A DNA stretch of 64,000 bases from an uncultured Lentisphaerota bacterium (GTDB lineage Bacteria; Verrucomicrobiota; Lentisphaeria; Victivallales; UBA1829), in NCBI GenBank assembly GCA_900320095.1, contig ONQZ01000002.1, forward strand, positions 8,165 through 72,164, given 5' to 3'. Position 1 is the first letter of the stretch. Every line of letters begins with the position of its first letter. The notes below the pieces were generated by a model. The model made no database searches. It was not told where the DNA came from and saw nothing but the letters and a program-made list of their open reading frames with translations. This document shows, one piece after another, positions 45,190 through 53,681 of the stretch. The position numbers and the translations under genes are program-made.

Positions 45190-47373
45190 TCACTCGCCGG
45201 AAAGCTCTTTGATCATGTCGGCGGGAAGCGGTTCGACCTTCGTGATCACGCATTCGCCGAGTTCGGGCAGCTTGACCTTTTCGCCGACCTTGTGTTCGAC
45301 GAGCGCCTGTCCGAGCGGGGCCTTGTAGGCGATGCGGCCGCGGTCGACGTCGCCGTCCCAGGCGCCGAGGATGTAATAGGAGACTTCCTTGCCGGCGGCG
45401 TCCTTCAGGAAGACGCGGCAGCCGGGCACGACGACATCGGTGAGCTTGACGTCGCTGAAATCCGTGACGTCCATGAAGCCGAGCGATTTTTCGAGCTCAG
45501 AACGGCGTCTCTGGAGGAAGCGGCGCTGTTCCTTGGCGGCGTCGTATTCGGCGTTTTCGCGGAGGTCGCCGAAGCTTCTCGCATACGCCACGGCCTCTGC
45601 GTTCTGCGGGATGAGAACCTCGACGAGGTGCTTGAGTTCCGCCTGCATGCGCTTCTGCGAGGCGAGGGATGCGACCGGGGGCTGTTCCGTCGTGCTGCCG
45701 GCGGCGTGGATGCCGAGGAGCTTGCTGCCTTCGCCGCTTTCGATGTATTCCATGAACTCGGGGGAAATGCGGCCCATCTTGACCATCACGCTCTGGAGCT
45801 CGCTTGCCTGCGTGCGGAATTTCTGAAGGCTGCCGACGATGGACGGGATGTCGCCGTCGGCGTTCTCGATGAGGTATTTGCGGAAATCGGCCTTTTCGCC
45901 GAGGAGAATGCGTTTGAGTTCGCGCTGCGCCGCGCCCCATTCCTTCGGGAGGTCCGAACGATTCAGGGCGGCGACGACGGTCTCCATGTCGACCAGCGAG
46001 GTGATGATCTTGGATTTGATGCGCGCCTTGTTCTTCCAGATCCAGAGGCAGACGTCGGCGGACAGGGTGTCCATCGCGGCGATCTTGGTGATGATGTTCT
46101 GGACGAGGGCGGCGTCCTCGGCCTCGCGTGCGGCGGCTTCCTCTTTGGACTCGACCGCGGCTTTCTTCCGCGGCTCGAAGAAGACGGTCATGCAGCGGAG
46201 CGGGAGCATCAGGCCGAGGGAGACGAATTCGTCCTGCGTGTAGATGGCGCGCGTGGCGGCGAGAAGACCGTCGAGGTCCTTCACGGAGACCTTCGCCCAG
46301 ATCGCGAGGTTCGCGAGCTTGACGTCGGCGGGGATCGAGGCGGGCCAGAACGGGACCTGGCCGCGAAGCGGAGTGAACATCGAGGCGAGGAGCTCCGGCG
46401 CGGCGCCGAGGGAAAGCCAGGAGATGGATTCGGCGAGCATCTGGACGTCCTTCGGGAGGAGCCTGGAGCTCACGCGGACGAACAGCTTGCCGAGCTTTCC
46501 GGCGGCGGTCTCGTCGACGGTCACGGCGCCGCCTGCATCCACGACGCCCTTCAGGAGCGTGTACAGCTCAAGGACGCTGCGGGAATCGCTGAAATGGCGT
46601 TTTCCGCCGGCCGCGGCGGCCGCGGGCGCGGCATCCCACCAGGACGCGAAACTCGCCGCGGTGAAGACCTGCGGGACCAGGAGACGCTGCACGAATTCCT
46701 GGATCTTCTGCTCCGGCACTTCAACCAGCGCCAGACGGTTCAGGATGCGGCGGTATTCGGACGAGGGACGGACCGAGGAGCCGAGCGGGGAGATCAGGTC
46801 CATGAGTTCGGGCGTGGTCTCGAAGAAATAGGCGGAAACGACGGCCGAGGCGATCGGGATGGAGGAGGAGCTGGACCCGTCGATCGGGGTGACGGCGATG
46901 GTTCCGGTCACGCGGTCGATGCCGGTGATGCGGCCGCACAGCCCGGTCTCAGCCTGGTACATGATCGCGGTGGAACGCAGCCGCTGGAGTTTTTTGAGGC
47001 GGAGCGCGACTTCACGGACGCCAACGCCAGCGTCTTTCGCGCCGAGCGCCTTCACGACCGCGCCGCTGACCAGGTAGGGCGGAAGGAGCTTGCGGACCGC
47101 GTAGTTCAGCGAACTGCGGAACGCCGCGGAATCCAGGAGAGAGAGCTCGGCGATCCGGACGCAGAATTTCGCCTTGTCGACGGAGGCGGAGATCTGGTCG
47201 TCCCAGGCCTCGAACAAAGCCTCGAACTGAGGCGCCGCCGCGCGGAGTTCCTGAATGCCGTCCGCGGTTCCCAGACGGTTGACGCGGTCAAGCAGGACGT
47301 TGACAGCGTTGTCGTTCTTTTCCAGTTGGGCGTACAGGATCAGGTCCGGCAGAGAAAAGTCATTGATGCTCAT
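45190..47373 (-). CDS. greA: GreA/GreB-family transcript cleavage factor with ~580-aa N-terminal extension
   Basis: The start is moved to the ATG at 47373 (AAGGAGA SD 9 nt upstream), because the track TTG at 47463 is the -35 box. The last ~150 aa are GreA-like (ARSFGDLRENAEYDAAKEQRRFLQRRRSELE...VVPGCRVFLKD..YYILGAWDGD..ISYKAPLGQALVEHKVGEKV). I could not assign the N-terminal region. Confidence 0.7.
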   Translation of the reverse strand: MSINDFSLPDLILYAQLEKNDNAVNVLLDRVNRLGTADGIQELRAAAPQFEALFEAWDDQISASVDKAKFCVRIAELSLLDSAAFRSSLNYAVRKLLPPYLVSGAVVKALGAKDAGVGVREVALRLKKLQRLRSTAIMYQAETGLCGRITGIDRVTGTIAVTPIDGSSSSSIPIASAVVSAYFFETTPELMDLISPLGSSVRPSSEYRRILNRLALVEVPEQKIQEFVQRLLVPQVFTAASFASWWDAAPAAAAAGGKRHFSDSRSVLELYTLLKGVVDAGGAVTVDETAAGKLGKLFVRVSSRLLPKDVQMLAESISWLSLGAAPELLASMFTPLRGQVPFWPASIPADVKLANLAIWAKVSVKDLDGLLAATRAIYTQDEFVSLGLMLPLRCMTVFFEPRKKAAVESKEEAAAREAEDAALVQNIITKIAAMDTLSADVCLWIWKNKARIKSKIITSLVDMETVVAALNRSDLPKEWGAAQRELKRILLGEKADFRKYLIENADGDIPSIVGSLQKFRTQASELQSVMVKMGRISPEFMEYIESGEGSKLLGIHAAGSTTEQPPVASLASQKRMQAELKHLVEVLIPQNAEAVAYARSFGDLRENAEYDAAKEQRRFLQRRRSELEKSLGFMDVTDFSDVKLTDVVVPGCRVFLKDAAGKEVSYYILGAWDGDVDRGRIAYKAPLGQALVEHKVGEKVKLPELGECVITKVEPLPADMIKELSGE

Positions 47374-47434
47374 AGTGAGTCGTCTCCTTCGACGTCGGTT
47401 AGTCAAATAACATTTTTGATTTATATAACTAATT

Positions 47435-47463
47435 AATGTACACCGGAATCGGCGATTTTTCAA
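47435..47463 (-). promoter_or_regulatory. sigma70-like promoter of the greA-like gene
   Basis: Minus strand: -35 TTGAAA (47463-47458), 17-nt spacer, GTG-TACATT (-10 at 47440-47435). Confidence 0.55.
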
Positions 47464-47590
47464 GTATTTTTTCGGGACAGGGCCCCATTTTTTCCGCTTT
47501 TTGATTTGATTTTTTCCCGGATGGGACTATGTTTTTATTTTATCCCGCGTTTTCAACCCCCTTTTTCAGCACACCCCGGAGCCCCGCGCC

Positions 47591-48832
47591 ATGGAATCAT
47601 TCGACGTCATCATCTGCGGAAGCGGTCCCGCCGGACTCGCCGCCGGACTTGCCGCCGCCTCGCACGGCGCATCGACGGTCATCCTGGACCCGAACTACGT
47701 CATCGGGCGCAAACTGTGCGCCACGGGAAACGGCCGCTGCAACTTCTCCAACACGCTGCCGCCGCTCAAGTTCATGGCGGAATTCGGTCGTCACGGACGG
47801 TTCATGACGGACGCCCTGCGCGCCGCGCCGCGCGAATTCTTTCTGGAACTGCTTCAGAAAGAGGGCATTCGGCCGGCGGTCGAAAACGAGATCCACTATT
47901 TCCCGATGAACGGCAGAGCGTCCGACGTCCGCGACGCGTTTCTGCGTGCGGCGAAGCGTGCCGGAGCGGAAACACGTCTGTCCGTGTCCGCGCGGCGCAT
48001 CCTCGTGGAAGATGGAAAATGCGTCGGGGTCGAAACGGACGGAGGCGAGGTCATTCAGGCAAAGCACGTGATCCTGGCATGCGGCGGCACGGCGGCGCCC
48101 TCGCTCGGCGGCACGGCGTCCGGGCTGAAACTCGCGAAAGAGCTCGGCCACGGCGTCCGCGAACCCGTCGCGACCCTCGCCCCAGTCCATGTCGACGATC
48201 CTTGGATCTCCGAACTCGCCGGGCTGACCGTGCCCGACGCCGAACTCGGCGTCATGGTCGGGACCCGTCACGTTTCCATGCGCGGCAGCCTGCTCTTCAC
48301 GCACACCGGGTTTTCCGGCCCCGCGGCGCTGAATCTCTCCGGCACGGTGAACCGCGTTCTTTTAGAGGGAGAGCCCGCTCAGATCTTCCTGCGCGTCCTG
48401 CCGGACAAAAAGGAACAGAACCTGTACGATTATCTGATCGACGAACGGGAAAAGGTGCCGGACCACCTGCTGAAAAACTCCCTCGCGCGCATCATGCCGC
48501 GTTCGCTGGCGTCGCTCGTCTGCGAACGTCTTTTCGGCGAGGATTTCCACTCGAAACGCCTCACGAACGCCGGAGCGCACGAGCTCGCGCATCTGCTGGA
48601 CCGGATGCCGTTCACAGTGTCGAAACCCGCCGCCATGGACGAAGCAATGGCGATGGACGGCGGCGTGCTGCTGAAGGAGGTCGACCCGCGCACGATGGAA
48701 AGCCGCCTCGTCAAGGGCGTGCATTTCGCCGGGGAGATCCTCGACCTGACCGGGCCGACAGGCGGTTTCAACATCCAGTTCGCGCTGTCCAGCGGACGCC
48801 TCGCGGGCCTCGCCGCGGCAGGCGCGCTGTAA
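47591..48832 (+). CDS. NAD(P)/FAD-dependent oxidoreductase, HI0933/YhiN (BaiN-like) family
   Basis: 413 aa. It has the N-terminal dinucleotide fold FDVIICGSGPAGLAAG, GRKLCATGNGRCNFSN and the C-terminal FAGEILDLTGPTGGFNIQFALSSG. Confidence 0.8.
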   Translation: MESFDVIICGSGPAGLAAGLAAASHGASTVILDPNYVIGRKLCATGNGRCNFSNTLPPLKFMAEFGRHGRFMTDALRAAPREFFLELLQKEGIRPAVENEIHYFPMNGRASDVRDAFLRAAKRAGAETRLSVSARRILVEDGKCVGVETDGGEVIQAKHVILACGGTAAPSLGGTASGLKLAKELGHGVREPVATLAPVHVDDPWISELAGLTVPDAELGVMVGTRHVSMRGSLLFTHTGFSGPAALNLSGTVNRVLLEGEPAQIFLRVLPDKKEQNLYDYLIDEREKVPDHLLKNSLARIMPRSLASLVCERLFGEDFHSKRLTNAGAHELAHLLDRMPFTVSKPAAMDEAMAMDGGVLLKEVDPRTMESRLVKGVHFAGEILDLTGPTGGFNIQFALSSGRLAGLAAAGAL

Positions 48833-48854
48833 TCAAATCCGCCTCGAATCCAGT

Positions 48855-50030
48855 TCAACGGGGAAACAACGATTCAGGCGGCGGCGGATTCGGCTGCTTC
48901 CGCCTGACGAGCGTATCTTCCAGCCACACGCGGAAGGAAACGCCGCGCAAACGGCATTCGTCCGCGCAGATCGCGAGCATGGCAAACGGATCGGCGACAG
49001 GGGTTTCCGGGTTCGCGCGGAAGAGCTCCAGCCTCGGATCGTACAGGAATTCCGAAAGCGTCTTTTCGTGTTCGACGGCATGCCGGAGCGCCTCGCCGAG
49101 CGGCGAATGCGGATTCTGAGCGGGAAGCATCTCCCGGCAGCGTTCAAAGAACCTCGCCGTGATGCGTGCCGATTCGAGCCGGACGGCGCGGCGTTCGCGG
49201 TACAGGTCCTCCGGCGCACCGCCGAGACGTTCCGCGCGGATCCGGGCATGGTCCTCCAGTTCGCTCAGCGCGTGGATTCCCTTCAGAAACTCATCGGCGA
49301 GCCAGTCGCCGCCGGCTTTCGCATGTTCGAACATGCGGCGGAGATTCGACCAGTCGGGAAGCGTACGCACGACCAGCGCGGCGCAGACCGGAGCGACCGT
49401 TTCCGCCGCGGCCAGGACCAGTTCGCGCAAGGCGGTTTCGGAGATCGCGATGCCGGATTCCAGCTTCAGGCGTTCGGAGATCGTGCGGAAGCTCATGCCC
49501 GCCAGATGGAAATCGGTCACGTAAGCGACGAACGAGGCATCGAACATCTGCCCGCCGCCGGACGGATCGGGAAAGAGAGCGGGAACGGGCGCCGCGGAAG
49601 CCATGCCCGAACCGTCGCCGGAAGCGTACATGGCGCGGCGGATCGTCCGCCGGACGACCGGAGAACGCACCGCGACCGCCTCCGCCGTCTCGTATGCGAT
49701 CACCGACATCCCGGCGGATTTGGAGGGCGGAAGCTCGAGTTTCACCTCGTCCGAGGGGAGATCGGACGGAACGGACACCGGTTCGGAGACGCGGTAGGAC
49801 GCGGCGGATTCGCGCAGCGCACCGACTTTCGTTTCCGAAACACGGTCAGTCCGTTCGGCGCCGGCATCCGGCGGGACATCCTCTCTCTCAGCCGGGATCG
49901 CATACAGTCCGGGCATGACGCGTCCGTAGACCTGACGCGAAAGGAGATCTATCGTCTTTTTCAGGTCGGCGTTCTCGTGCCGACTGGCGTCAAGATCGCG
50001 TTCGAGCTGTGATTTCCGGTCGGACGGCAT
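48855..50030 (-). CDS. IS66-family-transposase-like protein lacking a recognisable DDE catalytic core (relic or domesticated)
   Basis: 391 aa. It has an N-terminal leucine-zipper-like segment (LERDLDASRHENADLKKTIDLLSRQVYGR). The helper-region pattern is FVAYVTDFHLAGMSFRTISERLKLESGIAISETALRELV. The C-terminal pattern is PLGEALRHAVEHEKTLSEFLYDPRLEL...VSFRVWLEDTLVRR...ESLFP. All three follow my memory of IS66 TnpC architecture. The ~170-aa DDE segment, the zinc-finger Cys residues and the tnpA/tnpB partners are absent, and I saw no terminal IRs. Confidence 0.4.
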   Translation of the reverse strand: MPSDRKSQLERDLDASRHENADLKKTIDLLSRQVYGRVMPGLYAIPAEREDVPPDAGAERTDRVSETKVGALRESAASYRVSEPVSVPSDLPSDEVKLELPPSKSAGMSVIAYETAEAVAVRSPVVRRTIRRAMYASGDGSGMASAAPVPALFPDPSGGGQMFDASFVAYVTDFHLAGMSFRTISERLKLESGIAISETALRELVLAAAETVAPVCAALVVRTLPDWSNLRRMFEHAKAGGDWLADEFLKGIHALSELEDHARIRAERLGGAPEDLYRERRAVRLESARITARFFERCREMLPAQNPHSPLGEALRHAVEHEKTLSEFLYDPRLELFRANPETPVADPFAMLAICADECRLRGVSFRVWLEDTLVRRKQPNPPPPESLFPR

Positions 50031-50067
50031 AAGGATCGGGGGGATGAAAGTCTGCCGGAAACGTGGA

Positions 50068-51444
50068 TCACAGGCCGAAGAACGCCAGCGGTCCGTCGTA
50101 GCACATGGTCTTCGCGAGCTTCATGGCGACGGGTTCCGGCATCTGGCCTGCCTCGACCATGCCGCCGAGCGTGGAGGAAAGGATCCGGCGGAACATCTCG
50201 AAGCGGGACCCGTAGCTCAGGAGCTTGCGGGAATCCGAGACCATGCCGGCGAACGCACTCAGCAGGTCGACGCTGCCGATGTATTCCAGCTGGCGTTTCA
50301 TGCCGATGGGCGTGTCGCAGAGCCACCAGGCGGACCCGAGGCGGACCGTGCTGCCGAACGCGCGGGAAAGCGCGGCGAGCGTCGCCTGATGCGCCTGGTC
50401 CAGGCAGTAGAGCACGATCTTCAGACGGCCGTCGAACCGGTTCAGGAAGCGGATGAGCTTCGCCTCGTGCGACTGGAAAAGATCGCTCACGTCGCCGCCG
50501 GAGTCCGGGCCGATCGTGCGGAACAGGAAATCGCGGACATCGCGGACCGCGCCCATGTGGAGCTGCATCACCCAGCCGCTCCGGCTGTTCATCTCGCCAC
50601 ATTCGCCGAGCAGATAGTCCGCGTAGTTCGCGGTTTCTTCGGGGCTGACGGATTCGCCCGCGAGGGCTTTCCTGAACGTCTCCGCGGCGGCCGCGGCGTC
50701 GCCGGTCCCGCTGGACGCGAGTTCAAGTCCGTGGTCGCTGGCGCGGCAGCCGTTTTCGGCGAAGAAATCGTGGGATTTCTGAAGGACGTTCAGCAGTTCG
50801 TCGAGCGTGGTGATCGTGACGCCCCAGCGTTTGCCGAGGCGTTCGATGTACGCGGGGAATCCCGGCTTTCCGGCCTTCATCGCCGCGTCCGGACGCCAGG
50901 TCGGACGCACGATCGTCCGTCCCAGGCTTTCGTTCACGATCTTGTGATATTCGAGCGTGTCGGCGGGATCGTCGGTCGAGCACATCACGCCCACATTCAT
51001 GCGTTTCAGGAGCGCCTGCGGGCGGCTTTCCTCCTTCGCGAGGATCTCGTTGACCTTCTTCCAGATCAGCTCGCCCGTCTCCGCGCTCAGCAGCTCCGTG
51101 ACGCCGAGGAACCGGAGGTCGAGGTGAATCCATTCGTAGACGGGATTCCCGGCGATCCGGTCGAAGACCTCCGCCAGCGCAATGAACTTGTCGTGCGGAG
51201 ACGCATTCCCGGTGATCTTCTCCTCCGGCACGCCCGCCTTCCGCAGGACTTCCCACACATAATGGTCCGTGGCGGCGAAGAGCTCCCACGCGTCCTTGAA
51301 ATTCTCGTTGCGCGCGATGGCGGTGACGTCGGCGTGGTTGTGCGGATCGAGGATGGGAAGGTCTTTGACCGAGGCGAAAATGCGTTTTCCGGTTTCGTTG
51401 CCGATAAGGTAGTCCTGACCGAGGAACATGGCGAATCCTTTCAT
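50068..51444 (-). CDS. uxaC: Glucuronate isomerase
   Basis: 458 aa. It has the N-terminal IFASVKDLPILDPHNHAD (UxaC 'P.DYH.H' site) and amidohydrolase-fold length. Confidence 0.9.
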   Translation of the reverse strand: MKGFAMFLGQDYLIGNETGKRIFASVKDLPILDPHNHADVTAIARNENFKDAWELFAATDHYVWEVLRKAGVPEEKITGNASPHDKFIALAEVFDRIAGNPVYEWIHLDLRFLGVTELLSAETGELIWKKVNEILAKEESRPQALLKRMNVGVMCSTDDPADTLEYHKIVNESLGRTIVRPTWRPDAAMKAGKPGFPAYIERLGKRWGVTITTLDELLNVLQKSHDFFAENGCRASDHGLELASSGTGDAAAAAETFRKALAGESVSPEETANYADYLLGECGEMNSRSGWVMQLHMGAVRDVRDFLFRTIGPDSGGDVSDLFQSHEAKLIRFLNRFDGRLKIVLYCLDQAHQATLAALSRAFGSTVRLGSAWWLCDTPIGMKRQLEYIGSVDLLSAFAGMVSDSRKLLSYGSRFEMFRRILSSTLGGMVEAGQMPEPVAMKLAKTMCYDGPLAFFGL

Positions 51445-51462
51445 CTTATAATTGTTACGCGG

Positions 51463-51489
51463 ATTTCAGGAAAATAATATACCTGAAAT
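51463..51489. promoter_or_regulatory. Inverted repeat ATTTCAGG-N11-CCTGAAAT bracketing the uxaC -10 box (candidate operator)
   Basis: Perfect 8-bp arms at 51463-51470 and 51482-51489. The -10 hexamer lies in the spacer. Confidence 0.5.
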
Positions 51490-51504
51490 CAACGGAAAAT
51501 GCAA
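51476..51504 (-). promoter_or_regulatory. sigma70-like promoter of uxaC
   Basis: Minus strand: -35 TTGCAT (51504-51499), 17-nt spacer, -10 TATATT (51481-51476). Confidence 0.55.
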
Positions 51505-51561
51505 GCGGAAACGCATGATTCCCCGGCGTATTCCATACCGTCCCGGGAAAATAGCCGGTCT

Positions 51562-52260
51562 TCAGAAGACCTGCACCGCCTCGCGGACCGGCACGATCCA
51601 GCAGACGACGTTGTGGAAATCGGCCCGCGGGATGCAGCGTTCCTCGGCATCGCTCTGAAGCGGCTTCAGCACGACATCCTCGCCCTTGCGAGTATAAACG
51701 GCGAAGAGGTATTCCTTTTTGTTCCGGAGCTTCACGAGCACCGTGTCGCCGTCGCCGGGCGCATCCAGTCCGCGGAGCAGCAGACGCGTCCCGGCGGGGA
51801 AGAACCCGCTGCGCTTTTTGTCGACCTCGACCGCGAAGAAACCGTCCTGGACCGGCGAGGTGAAGGAGACGACGCGTTTGGATTGTTTCCGGACGATCTC
51901 CTCGATCGAATCGATCTGCGGATCGAAGTCCTTCAGGTCGTCGAGCTTGAGCAGCGGCGCCGACATGCTCTGCACCGCGCCGTATCGTCCGGCGTACTTT
52001 TCGCGCAGGACAAACGCCGGACTTCCGGCCGTCTTCGGTTCGGAGGGGTAGGCGGATTCGCCGGCTTCCTGCTCCAGATACTCCCGGATCAGGGGGTGCA
52101 GATTGTCCCACACGGTGGAATTGATCTTGCGCGTGCGTCCGTTGAGCCAGAAGGCGACGGTCGTGTGCGAGACCCCGACCGAACGGGAAAAACTGAGCAG
52201 GCTTCCGCATTTGGCGATCGCGGACTGAATGGCTTTTTGAATGGATTCGGTGATGACCAC
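51562..52260 (-). CDS. XRE-type HTH / S24 (LexA-like) peptidase-domain repressor
   Basis: I prefer the GTG at 52260 (GGGAG SD 6 nt upstream), because the track start at 52341 overlaps the -10 box. The N-terminal HTH is SLLSFSRSVGVSHTTVAFWLNG. The C-terminal beta-barrel-like segment (GDGDTVLVKLRNKKEYLFAVYTRKGEDVVLKPL) resembles the LexA/CI C-domain. Confidence 0.6.
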   Translation of the reverse strand: MVITESIQKAIQSAIAKCGSLLSFSRSVGVSHTTVAFWLNGRTRKINSTVWDNLHPLIREYLEQEAGESAYPSEPKTAGSPAFVLREKYAGRYGAVQSMSAPLLKLDDLKDFDPQIDSIEEIVRKQSKRVVSFTSPVQDGFFAVEVDKKRSGFFPAGTRLLLRGLDAPGDGDTVLVKLRNKKEYLFAVYTRKGEDVVLKPLQSDAEERCIPRADFHNVVCWIVPVREAVQVF

Positions 52261-52278
52261 GGTTAGCTCCCGATTGGC

Positions 52279-52302
52279 GTTCCTTCTGAAAAGGAAAGGA
52301 AC
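52279..52302 (-). promoter_or_regulatory. 5'-leader hairpin of the repressor gene
   Basis: GTTCCTT (52279-52285) pairs with AAGGAAC (52296-52302) around a 10-nt loop. It lies between the predicted TSS and the SD. Confidence 0.35.
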
Positions 52303-52332
52303 TGTGTTGACAAAGAAAACAGCCGATATATC

Positions 52333-52360
52333 ACTATACACCGTTTGAAAAAAGTTTCAA
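52333..52360 (-). promoter_or_regulatory. sigma70-like promoter of the LexA-like repressor
   Basis: Minus strand: -35 TTGAAA (52360-52355), 16-nt spacer, GTG-TATAGT (-10 at 52338-52333). The -35 is part of the palindrome TTGAAAaaagTTTCAA (52345-52360). Confidence 0.6.
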
Positions 52361-52458
52361 GTATCTTTCAAAAAAGAAATCAAAAACTTTCAATTCAAGC
52401 TCAAAAAAGACAATGCCGGTCAAGCCGCTTTTTTTATGAAGAGATTATGAAGAATCCG

Positions 52459-52487
52459 GGAACTTTTTCGGAAACGCGGTGTCTATA
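52459..52487 (+). promoter_or_regulatory. ECF-sigma-like promoter candidate upstream of the MoxR operon
   Basis: GGAACTT (52459-52465), 16-nt spacer, TCTATA (52482-52487). This resembles the sigmaE-type GGAACTT-N16-TCTnA pattern. I found no good TTGAMA/TATAAT pair in this direction. Confidence 0.3.
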
Positions 52488-52594
52488 TGCGATGTCGAAG
52501 AGTATTCCGCAGGCCCGCGAACCGGACCGGCGGACCTCCCGCCGATCCCGATACAGAGTTTCAACACCGACCCATTTTGAGGAGATAATCAGGC

Positions 52595-53617
52595 ATGAGA
52601 CAGGAAGAACTTCAGGAACTGCAAAGCAAAATCTCGGACGCGTCCGCGTTCATCCGCCCGCTTCGCACGGAAATCGGCCGCATCGTGGCGGGCCAGGAAC
52701 AGCTGGTCGACCGCGTGCTGCTGTCGCTGATCGCGAACGGGCATCTGCTGCTGGAAGGCGTCCCCGGCCTCGCGAAGACGCTGCTGGTGAAGACCGTGGC
52801 GCAGGCGATGGACGGCGCGTTCTCGCGCATCCAGTTCACGCCGGACCTGCTGCCCTCGGACGTGGTCGGCACCACGATCTACAACCAGAACGACCACACG
52901 TTCTCGGTCAAGAAGGGCCCGGTCTTCGCGAACCTGGTGCTCGCCGACGAGATCAACCGCGCGCCCTCGAAAGTGCAGAGCGCGCTGCTGGAGTGCATGC
53001 AGGAACGCCAGGCGACCATCTCCGGGGAGACCATCCCCATGCCGTCGCCCTTCCTGGTCCTCGCCACGCAGAACCCGATCGAGCAGGAAGGCACCTATCC
53101 GCTGCCGGAAGCCCAGGTCGACCGCTTCATGTTCAAGCTGAAAGTGGACTATCCGACGCGCGAGGCGGAACGCTCCGTGATCGACCGCATGGCGCACCCG
53201 GAGACGAGTTTGCGCGCGATGGCGGTGGCGAAGCTCTCCGACATCGAAAACGCCCGCGAATGGGTCGACAAGGTCTACATGGACGAGAAGATCCTCGAAT
53301 ACATCCTCGACATCGTGATCGCGACGCGTCCGAAGCACCACGCCGAGCTTTCCAGCCGCCAGAACGGCGTGAAGCTGGGCGACCTCGCCGAGCTGGTGCA
53401 GTTCGGCGCATCCCCGCGCGCAGGCATCGCGCTCGCCCTCGCGGCGAAGGGGGCGGCATTCCTGGAAGGACGCGCCTACGTGATCCCGCAGGACGTGAAG
53501 GCGCTCGCGCCGGACGTGCTGCGCCACCGTCTGATCCTCAGCTACGAGGCGGAGGCGGAAGGGCTCGATGCCGACAGCATCATCGAACGCATCCTGAACG
53601 AACTCCGCACGCCGTAG
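52595..53617 (+). CDS. MoxR-family AAA+ ATPase
   Basis: 340 aa. It has Walker A (LLLEGVPGLAKT), Walker B (LADEINRA) and the typical MoxR length. A GAGGAG SD is present. Confidence 0.9.
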   Translation: MRQEELQELQSKISDASAFIRPLRTEIGRIVAGQEQLVDRVLLSLIANGHLLLEGVPGLAKTLLVKTVAQAMDGAFSRIQFTPDLLPSDVVGTTIYNQNDHTFSVKKGPVFANLVLADEINRAPSKVQSALLECMQERQATISGETIPMPSPFLVLATQNPIEQEGTYPLPEAQVDRFMFKLKVDYPTREAERSVIDRMAHPETSLRAMAVAKLSDIENAREWVDKVYMDEKILEYILDIVIATRPKHHAELSSRQNGVKLGDLAELVQFGASPRAGIALALAAKGAAFLEGRAYVIPQDVKALAPDVLRHRLILSYEAEAEGLDADSIIERILNELRTP

Positions 53618-53681
53618 TCCGCGCCTGCACGAAGTACGTTTTCCCGTCGCAGATTCACAGCAATTCAGCGAGGTTCACCCC

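Noticed and set aside
48833-50067. An active IS66 insertion (mobile element) around the transposase-like ORF.
   Set aside because: No terminal inverted repeats, no target-site duplication, no tnpA/tnpB and no DDE segment could be found. The GC content matches the host. I report it as a derived ORF, not a mobile element.
52302-52322. CTGT-N13-ACAG in the leader of the LexA-like repressor as an SOS box.
   Set aside because: The spacing does not fit the CTGT-N8-ACAG consensus or other known LexA boxes, and the flanks are not symmetric.
16683-52341. Track start codons at 16683 (pyrH), 12659, 21484, 26966, 27927, 30570, 30959, 35949, 47463 and 52341.
   Set aside because: These upstream starts fall inside promoter hexamers, overlap the preceding gene, or add Arg-rich or non-homologous leaders. 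Downstream ATG/GTG codons with SD sequences give N-termini that match the families.
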